From NCBI GenBank assembly GCA_963761305.1, contig CAVXGK010000002.1:3232001-3296000 (forward strand): 64,000 nt of DNA. Reading direction: 5' to 3'. The stretch is from an uncultured Gemmatimonadaceae bacterium (GTDB lineage Bacteria > Gemmatimonadota > Gemmatimonadetes > Gemmatimonadales > Gemmatimonadaceae). Below, piece after piece: positions 10,150 to 21,336 of this stretch. Positions within the stretch are counted from its first letter, which is position 1. Every line of letters starts with the position of its first letter. The notes below the pieces were generated by a model. That model was not told where the DNA came from. It saw only the letters and a program-made list of their open reading frames with translations, and did no database searches. The position numbers and the translations under genes were made by a program.

Positions 10150-11049
10150 TCGAACCGAGTCGGGCGGAACTGCCATGCCCATGGCGTGATAGCCCTTGTC
10201 GACGTACACGGTGTTGCCAGTAATGCCGCTCGCCAGCGACGACGACAGAAACGCTGCGACGCGGCCGACTTCCTCGGCAGTCAGTTTTTCAGGGAGCGGC
10301 GCGTTCGCGGCCACGTATTCGACCATCTTCTCGATGATGCCGATCGCGCTCGCGGCGCGCGACGCGAGCGGGCCGGCGGAAATCGTGTTCACGCGACAGC
10401 CGAAACGCCGGCCGGCCTCGTAGGCCAAGGTTCGCGTGTCGCTCTCGAGCGCTGCCTTCGCCGACGACATCCCGCCGCCGTAGCCCGGGATCACGCGCTC
10501 GCTCGCGAGATACGTGAGCGACACGAACGACCCACCCGGACGCATGATCGCGCCGAAACGGCTCACCATCGAGATCATTGAATACGCGCTTGCGCTGACG
10601 GCCGCCAAGTATCCTTGGCGGCTCACGTCAATCAGCGCTTTCTTCACCTCGGGCCCGTTCGCGAGCGAGTGGACGACGATGTCGAGCGGCGTGTCGCCGA
10701 AATCCTGAACGAGTCGAGCCGCGACGCCGCCAATCGTACAATCGCCGACGTCCTTGTATCGCTTGTTGGTGCGAACATCTTCGGGAATCTCGTCATACGT
10801 ATCGTAGACGGCGTCGAGCGCGTAGATCTTCTCGAACGTCAATAGAGACCCCGACGACAGCCGGCGCGACTCGTCCATCTTGCCGCGCTCGAGCAAATTC
10901 AGAAAAATGGTGAGCGCCGGCGGCCAGGTTCCCACGCAGACGCTGGCGCCGGCTTCTGCCAGCGCCTTCGCGATGGCGAACCCGAACCCGGCGTCGTCCG
11001 CCACACCCGCAACGAGGGCTCGTCGCCCTGTGAGATCGATCTCGAGCAT
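10147..11049 (-). CDS. fabI: Enoyl-ACP reductase (NADH), plastid/chlamydial-like long form
   Basis: [53 protein letters not shown]. Confidence 0.93.
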   Translation of the reverse strand: MLEIDLTGRRALVAGVADDAGFGFAIAKALAEAGASVCVGTWPPALTIFLNLLERGKMDESRRLSSGSLLTFEKIYALDAVYDTYDEIPEDVRTNKRYKDVGDCTIGGVAARLVQDFGDTPLDIVVHSLANGPEVKKALIDVSRQGYLAAVSASAYSMISMVSRFGAIMRPGGSFVSLTYLASERVIPGYGGGMSSAKAALESDTRTLAYEAGRRFGCRVNTISAGPLASRAASAIGIIEKMVEYVAANAPLPEKLTAEEVGRVAAFLSSSLASGITGNTVYVDKGYHAMGMAVPPDSVR

Positions 11050-11127
11050 GCGATATAATAGTCCACCCCATCCGCCCGGCCACCGGGATCGAGCGGCCGG
11101 GCACGCATTCTGTAACCACGGTTCAGT

Positions 11128-12306
11128 GTGACAAGCCCCCTGCCCGCTCCTGCCCGCAACACCATAACCCGGCGATCGTCCGGCGAGACGACGCGCTCGC
11201 CCGACGGCGGGCCGTCGTTCGCGCGCGGCCTGTGGCGCATCGCGGCCGCCAACGTGTCGAGCGGAAACCGCGTCTCGTTGCTCCGCGACGGACCGGCCAC
11301 GTTCGACGCGATGCTCTCACTCATCGACAACGCGCGGGGCTCCGTTTCGCTCGAGAGCTACATCTTCCGCGCCGACGACGTCGGCGATCGGTTCGCCCGC
11401 GTGTTGACGGCGGCCGTCGAACGTGGCGTGACCGTGCGCGTGCTGACCGATTGGATCGGGGCGCGCGGCACGCGTCGACGGTTTCTCCGCCAGCTTCGCA
11501 CCGCGGGCGTCGAGCTGCTCGTGTTCAACCCGCCGGGATTCCGTGCGTGGCTCGGGCTCGTACCGCGCGACCACCGCAAGCTCCTCGTCGTCGACGGGGC
11601 GATCGGCATCACGGGCGGCGTCGGCGTCGGCCGCGAATGGACGACGGGCGTCGACAAGGTTCGCCGCTCGCGCTGGCGCGACACGTCGGTGCGCATCGAC
11701 GGACCGGCGGTGAACGACATGCAGGAGGCCTTTGACCGCATGTGGCGCCGCGCCGCGGGACATGAACGGCGCGGGTCGCATCGTTTTCTGCACCGTCCGG
11801 CGCGCGGCGCGCATCTCGATCCGGCCACGGACGAGGGCGCGCTGGTCGGCATCATCGAAGGCGAGCCGCTGCGGCTCCGCGTGTCGCGCGCGCTCCAGAT
11901 CCAGGCCATCTCCGCTCGCCGATCGATCTGGATCGCGACGGCGTATTTCACGCCTTCGCCGTCAGAGGTCGAAGCGCTGAACGGCGCGGCGAGTGACGGC
12001 GTCGACGTGCGAATCCTCGTGCCGGGTCGCAACGACCATCCGTGGGTGTCGTTGCTCGCCAAGCGCTACTACCGGCGGCTCCTCACGAACGGCGTGCGCA
12101 TCTGGGAGTGGTGCGGAGAGATGATGCACGCCAAGACGAGCGTCGTCGACGGTCGCTGGGTCCGCGTCGGATCCACCGACTTCAACCCGCTCGGCGTGAC
12201 GGTCAACTACGAGCTGGATGCCGTGATCGAGGACGCGTCGCTGGGCGAAGAGGCCGAGCGAATGTTCCTGGCCGATCTCGAAGAATCGCGCGAGATCACG
12301 TTGTAA
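11128..12306 (+). CDS. cls: Cardiolipin synthase / phospholipase D family
   Basis: Two HKD motifs ([19 protein letters not shown]), SLESYIF, WRDT, GSTDFN; no N-terminal TM segment (ClsB-like). Confidence 0.88.
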   Translation: MTSPLPAPARNTITRRSSGETTRSPDGGPSFARGLWRIAAANVSSGNRVSLLRDGPATFDAMLSLIDNARGSVSLESYIFRADDVGDRFARVLTAAVERGVTVRVLTDWIGARGTRRRFLRQLRTAGVELLVFNPPGFRAWLGLVPRDHRKLLVVDGAIGITGGVGVGREWTTGVDKVRRSRWRDTSVRIDGPAVNDMQEAFDRMWRRAAGHERRGSHRFLHRPARGAHLDPATDEGALVGIIEGEPLRLRVSRALQIQAISARRSIWIATAYFTPSPSEVEALNGAASDGVDVRILVPGRNDHPWVSLLAKRYYRRLLTNGVRIWEWCGEMMHAKTSVVDGRWVRVGSTDFNPLGVTVNYELDAVIEDASLGEEAERMFLADLEESREITL

Positions 12307-12315
12307 CTTTCGTTC

Positions 12316-12846
12316 GTGAAGCCTGGAATCATCGTGATGTCGGAGCTGCAAGGCGAGATCGCCGCGCGCGTGCTCGACGTCCAGCGCCGCTTCGATCCGC
12401 GAATCGCCGCCGAGCTGCCGCCGCACGTGACGATCACCGGGTCATCCGGCATGGGACCGATTTCGCCCGACACGACCGACGAGCAGGTGATCCGGGTGCT
12501 GCAGCCGGTCGCGGCGGCGAGCGTGCCGTTCGAGGTGAAGCTCCAGCCGCCGATGCAATTCATGCAGAGCACCGTCGTCGTGCTGCCGATCGATCCCAAC
12601 GGTCCGATCCGCGCGCTGCACGAGCGCATCAAGTCGAGCGGATTGTCGTACGAGCGCCCGCGCTTCACCTTCACGCCGCACGTCACGCTGAGCTTCTATC
12701 CCGAGCTCTCGCGCGACGCGTTGCGCGAGTTGACGCGGTTTCGCATCAAGGAGCCGATCACGATCCTGAAGATCCAGGCGTACCGCGCGCTCGATCTCAC
12801 GCGCTCGATCCGCGTCGTGGACTTGCCACTCGAGTCGGTCGCATGA
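12316..12846 (+). CDS. 2H phosphoesterase (2'-5' RNA ligase / LigT-like)
   Basis: Two HxT motifs: PPHVTI and FTPHVTL. Confidence 0.85.
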   Translation: MKPGIIVMSELQGEIAARVLDVQRRFDPRIAAELPPHVTITGSSGMGPISPDTTDEQVIRVLQPVAAASVPFEVKLQPPMQFMQSTVVVLPIDPNGPIRALHERIKSSGLSYERPRFTFTPHVTLSFYPELSRDALRELTRFRIKEPITILKIQAYRALDLTRSIRVVDLPLESVA

Positions 12847-14315
12847 CCGAGTCGGTGGCGCGCGCCGCGGGCCTCGAGCGGCCGGCGATTCTCGACGCCA
12901 TCGAAGCGGACGCCGACGTCGAGGTCGGACGCGCGTTCGCCGGCGTGATCGCCGACTACCTCGCCGGCACACGCCAGCGCGAGATGCGCGTCTCGACGAA
13001 ACACACGCCCGAGGCGATCGCCGCCCGGTTCGACGAACCGCTGCCGCGCGACGGCCGCCCGATCGATGCGATCGTCGATCGCCTGCATCGCGACGTCGTC
13101 GCCGAGTCGAACCACCTGTGGCATCCGCGATACGTGGGCCATCAGAATTCGGGTCCGCTGCCGGCGGCGATTTGGACTGAATCGGTGACTGCGGCGCTCA
13201 ATCAGTCGATCGCCGTGTTCGAGATGTCACCGGTCGGGACGATTCTCGAGCATCGCGTCGTCTCGTGGATGTGCGAGCTGATCGGATTTCCGGCGGGATT
13301 CGGCGGCACGTTCACGAGCGGCGGCACCGAGGCGACGTTCACCGCCCTCCTCGCCGCCCGCAGCGCCGCGATGCCGAATGCGTGGAGCGATGGCGTCGGC
13401 GCCGATCCACCGCTGCTCCTCTGTGGCGAACACGCGCACTACGCCGTCACGCGGGCCGCCGCGCAGCTGGGGCTCGGCATGCGGAACGTGCGAACGATCG
13501 CGTCGCGCCGCTATGCGATGGATCCGTCGTCGCTCGAGCGGACGCTGGCCGAGCTGGCGAGCGAGGGGCGTCGCGTGATGGCCGTCGTCGCCACCGCCGG
13601 TTCGACGGCCACGGGATCGTTCGACGACGTTCATGCGATCGCGTCGCTGTGCGACACGCACGGCGTGTGGCTGCACGTCGACGCGGCGCACGGCGGATCG
13701 GCGCTCTGGTCGGCGCGCCACCGTCACCGCCTTCGCGGCATCGAACGGGCGCGGTCGGTAGCGTGGGACACCCATAAGATGATGCTCATGCCCAGTCAGG
13801 CGGGCATGCTGCTCGTGCGCGACGAGCGCGACTTGGAGGCGGCGTTCGCCCAGCGCGCGCCGTATCTCTTCCACGACGCCCGGGGTCAGCGCGCGTGGGA
13901 CCAGGGCACGCGCAGCTTCATGTGCACGCGCCGCGCCGACGTCCTCAAGGTGTGGGTCGCGCTCGAGCGCTACGGCGCGAACGGCATGGCGGAGCTCTAC
14001 GACTACTTCTGCGCGCTCGCTCGCCTGGTCCACGACGAGATCTCGGCGCGCGACGATTTTCAGGCGTTGCACGAGCCCGAGTCCAACATCCTGTGCTTCC
14101 GCTACGTCGGCGACGGCTCGCGCTCCGACGAGGAGCTCGACGATCTGAACCGCCGGATTCGCGAACGGTTCAACGCGTCGGGCGACGGATGGATCACCGC
14201 GACGAACCTGAACGGCCGCCGCGTGCTCCGCGTGACGATGATGAATCCGCGCACGACCGAGTCGGATGTTCGCGCGATCCTGGACGGACTCGCCGCAGTT
14301 GGCCGCGCCCTTTAG
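12843..14315 (+). CDS. Group II PLP-dependent decarboxylase (DABA/aromatic/Glu decarboxylase family)
   Basis: ATG at 12843 overlaps the upstream stop (ATGA); HPRYVGHQ, FTSGGTEA, HYAV, TAGSTATGSFD, WLHVDAAHGG, WDTHK (PLP lysine). Confidence 0.9.
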   Translation: MTESVARAAGLERPAILDAIEADADVEVGRAFAGVIADYLAGTRQREMRVSTKHTPEAIAARFDEPLPRDGRPIDAIVDRLHRDVVAESNHLWHPRYVGHQNSGPLPAAIWTESVTAALNQSIAVFEMSPVGTILEHRVVSWMCELIGFPAGFGGTFTSGGTEATFTALLAARSAAMPNAWSDGVGADPPLLLCGEHAHYAVTRAAAQLGLGMRNVRTIASRRYAMDPSSLERTLAELASEGRRVMAVVATAGSTATGSFDDVHAIASLCDTHGVWLHVDAAHGGSALWSARHRHRLRGIERARSVAWDTHKMMLMPSQAGMLLVRDERDLEAAFAQRAPYLFHDARGQRAWDQGTRSFMCTRRADVLKVWVALERYGANGMAELYDYFCALARLVHDEISARDDFQALHEPESNILCFRYVGDGSRSDEELDDLNRRIRERFNASGDGWITATNLNGRRVLRVTMMNPRTTESDVRAILDGLAAVGRAL

Positions 14316-14317
14316 CA

Positions 14318-14337
14318 GTCCACCCGTCCACCCGACC
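14318..14337. repeat. GTCCACCC 8-mer array between convergent stops
   Basis: GTCCACCC GTCCACCC GACC fills the gap between the decarboxylase and tlpA stops. Confidence 0.7.
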
Positions 14338-14843
14338 TACATCGCCTTCTTGATCTGCGCGTCCAGGTCCTGGTTTCCGCCGAGCCCGGTGTAGACCACC
14401 TTGCCCGTCTTGTCGAGGACGACCACGTAGGACGTCGCCGGCACGTCGTAGGCGCCTGTCGCGTTGCCCTTCGTGTCGAAGAACTGGTCGCCCGGCAGCC
14501 CGTGCTTGTCGACGAACGCCTTCACGCCCTTGGGCGTCTCGTTCACCGACACCGCGACGCCGATGAACTTGACGCGGCCCGCGTACTTCTTCGCCACCGA
14601 GAGCAGCGTCGGCTCGAGCTCTTTGCAGTTCGGGCACCACACGGCCCAGAACTCCATCACCACCGGCATTTTGCCGATGTACGCCGACAGATCGGCGTCC
14701 TTGCCGTCGAGCGTCGAAACCTTGGCGCCAGGTGCCATGCTGCCGACCTCGAGTCCCAGATCTTGCGCGGAAGCGTCGCGTGGGGCGGCAAGCGTGATCG
14801 CCAGTGCGACGGCGAAAAACGCGGCAATGCGGGCGAATCTCAT
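14337..14843 (-). CDS. TlpA/ResA-like periplasmic thiol-disulfide oxidoreductase
   Basis: Signal peptide, EFWAVWCPNC (CxxC) thioredoxin fold. Confidence 0.88.
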   Translation of the reverse strand: MRFARIAAFFAVALAITLAAPRDASAQDLGLEVGSMAPGAKVSTLDGKDADLSAYIGKMPVVMEFWAVWCPNCKELEPTLLSVAKKYAGRVKFIGVAVSVNETPKGVKAFVDKHGLPGDQFFDTKGNATGAYDVPATSYVVVLDKTGKVVYTGLGGNQDLDAQIKKAM

Positions 14844-14870
14844 CAGATCAACTCTCCGGAGACGTTCGAA

Positions 14871-15596
14871 TCAGAACAGCAGCTGACCCATCTTCACCAG
14901 GTAGTACTGGGCGGCGATGATCATCACCAACGCGAAGAAGCGCTTGACCCACACCATCCATACGCCGGCGCGCGGGAGTCGTGCGATGCTGCCCGACGAG
15001 ACACCCACCGCTACCAGCAAGGTGCACATTCCCAGCGAGAACACCAGCAAGTAGACGAACCCGAGCACCGCGCTCTTCGTCGACGCCACCCATGTGAGCA
15101 CCGCCGCCATCACGGGGGCGGAGCACGGCGCCGCCACCAGGCCCGACATGGCTCCCATCGCGAACGCGCCCGACAACCGTCCCGCGCTCCCCACATTGCT
15201 CGCCCGTTCCAGGATCGCCGTCGGCAACCGAACGTGGAACACGTCCAGCATGGCCAACGCCGCGATCAGCAACAGGTTCGCCATCGCGAGGTAGAGCCAC
15301 GGGTTCGTGCTCACCGTGCCAAAAAGCGTTCCGGTCATCCCGGCGAACAGCCCCAGCGCCGAGTAAACCAGCGCCAGCCCGAGCACGTAGGTAAGGGTGA
15401 GGGCGATGGGCCGCGACCTGGATGCACCCGTTCGTCCCGACGCCGAAGCCGACGTCCCCCCGACGATCGCCGCCGTAATGGGGATCATCGGATAGATGCA
15501 CGGCGTCAGGCTCGTCAGCACGCCGCCCACGAAGACGAATGGAATCGCCCTGAACGGGTTGCCCGAGAGGTTGGGAAGGAAAGTCTGAAAAACCAC
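14871..15596 (-). CDS. ccdA: CcdA / DsbD transmembrane domain protein
   Basis: SLTPCIYPMIP and AAPCSAP cysteine motifs, multiple TM helices, LPRAGVWM. Confidence 0.88.
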   Translation of the reverse strand: MVFQTFLPNLSGNPFRAIPFVFVGGVLTSLTPCIYPMIPITAAIVGGTSASASGRTGASRSRPIALTLTYVLGLALVYSALGLFAGMTGTLFGTVSTNPWLYLAMANLLLIAALAMLDVFHVRLPTAILERASNVGSAGRLSGAFAMGAMSGLVAAPCSAPVMAAVLTWVASTKSAVLGFVYLLVFSLGMCTLLVAVGVSSGSIARLPRAGVWMVWVKRFFALVMIIAAQYYLVKMGQLLF

Positions 15597-15637
15597 GCGG
15601 GTTAACGGAGTGAGAAGCGGAGCGTCGACCTGTTAAA

Positions 15638-15728
15638 CGGTGGACAGGTGGACGGGTGGACAGGTGAACGGCAAGAACGAGCGTCGGCAGTTACCTGTCC
15701 ACCCGTCTACCGACCACCTGACCACCCG
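15638..15728. repeat. Two-armed GGTGGAC(A/G) palindromic element
   Basis: GGTGGACA GGTGGACG GGTGGACA GGTGAACG, spacer, then CCTGTCCA CCCGTCTA CCGACCA CCTGACCA CCCG. Confidence 0.85.
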
Positions 15729-15737
15729 AGGTAAGGT

Positions 15738-16508
15738 ATGACCAAGACAACTGCGATAACAATCACGCTGGGCGCGTTGGCATTCCTGATCGCCGCTCCG
15801 CACGCGAATTCCGCGGCCGCGCAAGGCGTCGGGGCACAGCAAGGCGGTTCGATGGCCATGGACAGCGCGCGGATGGCCGGCATGGCCGATCACGCGATGA
15901 GCGGCGCCATGGACGAGAACATGATGAAGCACATGGAGCTCAGCCCCGTTCGCGTGGCTACGCACGCCGATTCGGTGCGCGCTTTGCGCCTCGCCGGAGA
16001 GCTCAAGCAGGCGATCCTCAAATACGCCGACACGGCCGCAGCCGTCGCCGACGGCTACAGGATGTTCCTGCCCAACGTGAAGCAACAAAAGGTCTACCAC
16101 TTCACGAACAACGGCCGCGCGTTCATGGAAGCATTCCGCTTCGATCCTGCCAAGCCGACGTCGATCCTCTATTCACGCGGCGCCGACGGCAAGCTCCAGC
16201 TCGTCGGCGCGATGTACACGATGCCCAAAAACACGCGTCTCGATCGGCTCAACGATCGTGTTCCACTCGGCATCGCGCGATGGCACAAGCACGTGAACTG
16301 GTGCCTGCCGAAAAAAGGCAGCGAATCACGCTACCTGGAAAGGAAAAACGGCGCGCCCGTGTTCGGCCCGGAGAGTCCGATCGCGACCAAGGCCGAGTGC
16401 GACGCGGTGGGCGGCGATTTTCATCCGAGCCTGTTCGGTTGGATGATCCACGCCAACGTCGTCGAAGGCCACGACCTCGGGAGCATCTTCGCCGACGATC
16501 ACCGGTGA
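15738..16508 (+). CDS. Secreted hypothetical protein, Met/His-rich, possible metal binding
   Basis: Signal peptide; MAMDSARMAGMADHAMSGAMDENMMKHM; YHFTN, WHKHVNWC, ECDAVGG, WMIH; RBS GAGG. Confidence 0.8.
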   Translation: MTKTTAITITLGALAFLIAAPHANSAAAQGVGAQQGGSMAMDSARMAGMADHAMSGAMDENMMKHMELSPVRVATHADSVRALRLAGELKQAILKYADTAAAVADGYRMFLPNVKQQKVYHFTNNGRAFMEAFRFDPAKPTSILYSRGADGKLQLVGAMYTMPKNTRLDRLNDRVPLGIARWHKHVNWCLPKKGSESRYLERKNGAPVFGPESPIATKAECDAVGGDFHPSLFGWMIHANVVEGHDLGSIFADDHR

Positions 16509-16512
16509 AGCA

Positions 16513-18951
16513 TCACTCCGCGCGAAGGGCAATTAGCGGATCGACGCGCGACGCTCGATAAGCAGGAATCACCGCGGCGATCGCCGCGACGGCGGCGAAC
16601 AACACCGGCACGACGACGAACGTCTCGACGTCCGACGGCGCGGTGTCGAACAACATCGCGCGAAGAACGCGCGTCGTCATCGAGGCGACGACGAGTCCAG
16701 CGATCGTCCCGACGACGACGAACGTTCCGACGTCGCTCGCGACGAACCAGAGAATTCGGCGCTGGGTCGCGCCGACCGCGATCCGAATGCCGAGCTCGCG
16801 CGTCCGCCGCGATGCGCCGAACGCCACCACCGCATACAGACCGATCGCGGACAGCACGAGCGCTGTGGCCGCGAACGCCGACATCAACGTCATCACGAAA
16901 AAGCGTGGGTCGGCAAATGACGGTCCGGTACGCTCGACGCTCGGTGAGCCACGAAACTTGATGGCCGGATCGGCCGACTCGACCGCCTTCGTCACCGCGC
17001 CAACCGTCTCGGCGGCGCGGCTCGACCGAACGACGAAGTTCATCCAGGGCCAGACCTCGAGTGTGTACGGCAGAAATACCTGCTCGGGCGGCTTGGCGTC
17101 GGCCCCAAACTCGTGGTAGTCCGCCACGACTCCGACGACCGGCAGCGTGATGGGTTGGCCGAAGTCGGCGCGCGCCTGCGACGATCGATAGACCGTGATT
17201 CGTTTCCCGATCGCCGTCGTTCCGGGCCAGAGATGTTTGGCCAGGTTCTCGGTGACGAGAAAGCCGTTCGGCGACCGCATGTCGTCGTCGGTGAACCCGC
17301 GGCCGGCGACGACGCGCAGCCGCATCACGGCGAGGAAGTCGGCGGAGATCGGGTGATACGCCGCGGTGGGCGGCGTGGCGGCGCCGCGCTGTTCTTCGGT
17401 TTCAACTTTCGTAGGCAGTAGTGCGCCGCCGGCAGCGGCGGCGAGATCCACGCCGGGCACGGCGCGCACTGCGTCGATGATCCGCTTGTACAGCGCCGCC
17501 GCGTCGGCGGGTGAGTCGAAGCGATGCGACGCCGGCGCGATGGTGAACGAGATCAGCCCTTGAGGGTCATAGCCGAGATCGACGGCCGCGAGCCGGCGCA
17601 CGCTCTGCACGAGCAGGCCCGCACCGATCAACACCGATATCGCGAGAGCCAACTGCAACGAGACGAGAATACCGCGCACACGTCTGCCCGCGGAGCCCGC
17701 GGTGCTCGACGATGAACCGCCGCGCAGCCGTTCGGTGAGACGGCCGCGATCTCGGTGCAAGAGCGTGACGATCGCCAGGAACAGCGCCGACCCCGCCGAT
17801 GCGGCGACGACGAACGATGCAACGCGAGCGTCGATCACGAATTCAGTCGCAAACGGAAGCCGAGCGGCGGCGTGCGACCGAACGAACGAGAGGGCAACGT
17901 GCGCGAGTACCAGGCCGACTGCGCCTCCCGCCGCGGCGATCGCCATCGCGTCGGCCACGACGAGTCGCGTCAGCCGCCACGATCCGGCGCCGAGGGCCGC
18001 GCGTATCGCCAGCTCTCGATCGCGCCCGCTGACCCGGACGAGCAACAGGTTGGCGACGTTCGCGCAGGCGAGAAGCAGCAGGAGGACGACCGCTCCGGAA
18101 ATGAAAATGAGCGTCGACCGGAGCTGGCCGAACAATTCGTTCGACAAACTCGACAGCGCGACCGATGTCCAGTGTCCCTGCTCGGTCGGATACTCGGCGG
18201 CGAGCCGCTGTTCGATCGTGTGCAGCGTCGCCGTAACGCGTACTGAATCGGAACCGGCGCGCATGCGCAGAATCGTCCGACTGTCGACGTGGAGCCCGCG
18301 GAGTGACAGCGCCTGATTCGTCCGCTGAAACGCGGTGATCGGCTCCCAGACTGCCGGAGGCAGCCATCCGCCGCTCCCGAAGTTCGGGTACGCGAAGCCT
18401 GGCGGCATCACGCCGACGATGGTGGTCGGAACGCTGTCGATGACGACCGTTCGGCCGATCGCCGAGCGATCACCGTTGAACTGGTGTTGAAAGAAGTCGA
18501 ATGACGCGATCGCGACCTGCGGCGCATCGAATCGATAGTCGTCGGCCACGAAAATCCGTCCCGACGTCGGGCGAGCACCGGTGACAGCGAAGAACTCGGG
18601 GTCGACGTAGGCGGCGATTCGTTGTTCGGGTCCACCCGGTCCGAGAACCGACACGCCATTCCCGCGGATGAACGAAACGCCTTCGATCGCCTGATTCGCG
18701 GTGCCGATCTGCGCTTGCCAATCTCTGACCGTCGGATAGGACGGCGTGCGCAGGTTCCCGTTGTCGCTCGATTCGTACACGGCCTGGAGCCGGCCGGCAT
18801 CGCGATACGGAAGTCCGCGCACGAGGACCGCGTCGACGATGCTGAACATCGCCGTGGCTGCGCCGATCGCCGGCGCGAGGATCAGCACGGCCGCGAGCGC
18901 GAACCCGCGCGACCGCCGCAGCCATCGAATCGGTTCTCGAAGGATCCACAT
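16513..18951 (-). CDS. ADOP-family ABC transporter permease, no prefix domain
   Basis: [60 protein letters not shown]. Confidence 0.92.
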   Translation of the reverse strand: MWILREPIRWLRRSRGFALAAVLILAPAIGAATAMFSIVDAVLVRGLPYRDAGRLQAVYESSDNGNLRTPSYPTVRDWQAQIGTANQAIEGVSFIRGNGVSVLGPGGPEQRIAAYVDPEFFAVTGARPTSGRIFVADDYRFDAPQVAIASFDFFQHQFNGDRSAIGRTVVIDSVPTTIVGVMPPGFAYPNFGSGGWLPPAVWEPITAFQRTNQALSLRGLHVDSRTILRMRAGSDSVRVTATLHTIEQRLAAEYPTEQGHWTSVALSSLSNELFGQLRSTLIFISGAVVLLLLLACANVANLLLVRVSGRDRELAIRAALGAGSWRLTRLVVADAMAIAAAGGAVGLVLAHVALSFVRSHAAARLPFATEFVIDARVASFVVAASAGSALFLAIVTLLHRDRGRLTERLRGGSSSSTAGSAGRRVRGILVSLQLALAISVLIGAGLLVQSVRRLAAVDLGYDPQGLISFTIAPASHRFDSPADAAALYKRIIDAVRAVPGVDLAAAAGGALLPTKVETEEQRGAATPPTAAYHPISADFLAVMRLRVVAGRGFTDDDMRSPNGFLVTENLAKHLWPGTTAIGKRITVYRSSQARADFGQPITLPVVGVVADYHEFGADAKPPEQVFLPYTLEVWPWMNFVVRSSRAAETVGAVTKAVESADPAIKFRGSPSVERTGPSFADPRFFVMTLMSAFAATALVLSAIGLYAVVAFGASRRTRELGIRIAVGATQRRILWFVASDVGTFVVVGTIAGLVVASMTTRVLRAMLFDTAPSDVETFVVVPVLFAAVAAIAAVIPAYRASRVDPLIALRAE

Positions 18952-18954
18952 GGA

Positions 18955-19028
18955 GATAAGATTTTATCTTATCGCACGCACTTGTCAACCCGGCGCGAGT
19001 TGACAGCCGTTCCGGCCCGGTGGACTAT
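18955..19028. promoter_or_regulatory. Back-to-back sigma70-like promoters plus palindromic operator
   Basis: Minus strand: TTGACA(18988-18983)-N16-TAAAAT(18966-18961). Plus strand: TTGACA(19000-19005)-N17-GACTAT. Perfect inverted repeat GATAAGAT-TTT-ATCTTATC at 18955-18973. Confidence 0.7.
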
Positions 19029-19034
19029 GGGCGA

Positions 19035-19520
19035 ATGTCTCGTGAGTTGACGCTGCGGTCGCACCGACCGGGCGACATGGGGTGGATCGTCCACCGGCAC
19101 GGCGTGCTCTACAATCAGGAATACGGCTACGACGAGCGCTTCGAGGCCCTCGTAGCACGCGTCGTCGCCGACTTCGTCGAGCACCTCGATCCGGCGCGCG
19201 AGCGGTGCTGGATCGCCGATCGCGACGGCGAGCCGCTTGGCTCGGTGTTCGTCGTCGCGAAATCGAAGTACGTCGCGAAGCTGCGTCTGTTACTCGTCGA
19301 ACCGTCGGCACGCGGGCTCGGGATCGGCAAGCGGTTGGTGGACGAAGTCGTCCGGTTCTCTCGCGCCGCCGGGTATCGAAAGGTCGTTCTGTGGACGCAA
19401 AGCGAGCTGACCGCTGCGCGCCGGATCTACGCCGCGGCCGGATTTCGCTGCGTACGCGAGGAGTCCCATCGTTCGTTCGGCACGCCCGCCGTCGCCGAGG
19501 TGTGGGAGCTCGAGCTGTAG
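19035..19520 (+). CDS. GNAT-family N-acetyltransferase
   Basis: [33 protein letters not shown] (acetyl-CoA motif A), LWT..AARRIY..GF. Confidence 0.9.
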   Translation: MSRELTLRSHRPGDMGWIVHRHGVLYNQEYGYDERFEALVARVVADFVEHLDPARERCWIADRDGEPLGSVFVVAKSKYVAKLRLLLVEPSARGLGIGKRLVDEVVRFSRAAGYRKVVLWTQSELTAARRIYAAAGFRCVREESHRSFGTPAVAEVWELEL

Positions 19521-19529
19521 CGGTCGAGA

Positions 19530-19563
19530 GTGCGGGGTGCGGGGTGCGGGCGCGGGGTGCGGA
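19530..19563. repeat. G-rich 7-mer tandem array (GTGCGGG)n
   Basis: GTGCGGG GTGCGGG GTGCGGG CGCGGG GTGCGGA directly after the GNAT stop. Confidence 0.75.
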
Positions 19564-19617
19564 GAATTGGGACGAGTGCGGTGTTTGGCGAGCGGCTAAA
19601 TTCCGCACGCTTACACG

Positions 19618-19648
19618 GTCCACCCGTCCCGTCCACCCGCCCACCCGC
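19618..19648. repeat. GTCCACCC array directly upstream of ettA
   Basis: GTCCACCC GTCCC GTCCACCC GCCCACCC GC, ending 3 nt before the ATG. Confidence 0.75.
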
Positions 19649-19651
19649 TTA

Positions 19652-21331
<1,680 letters not shown>

Positions 21332-21336
21332 CGACC

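Noticed and set aside
12042..12842. N-terminal extension making the decarboxylase 757 aa
   Set aside because: Overlaps cls and the 2H gene; the real start is ATG 12843, coupled to the upstream stop
19082..19651. N-terminal extension of EttA (749 aa)
   Set aside because: Overlaps the GNAT gene and intergenic repeats; EttA homology begins at ATG 19652
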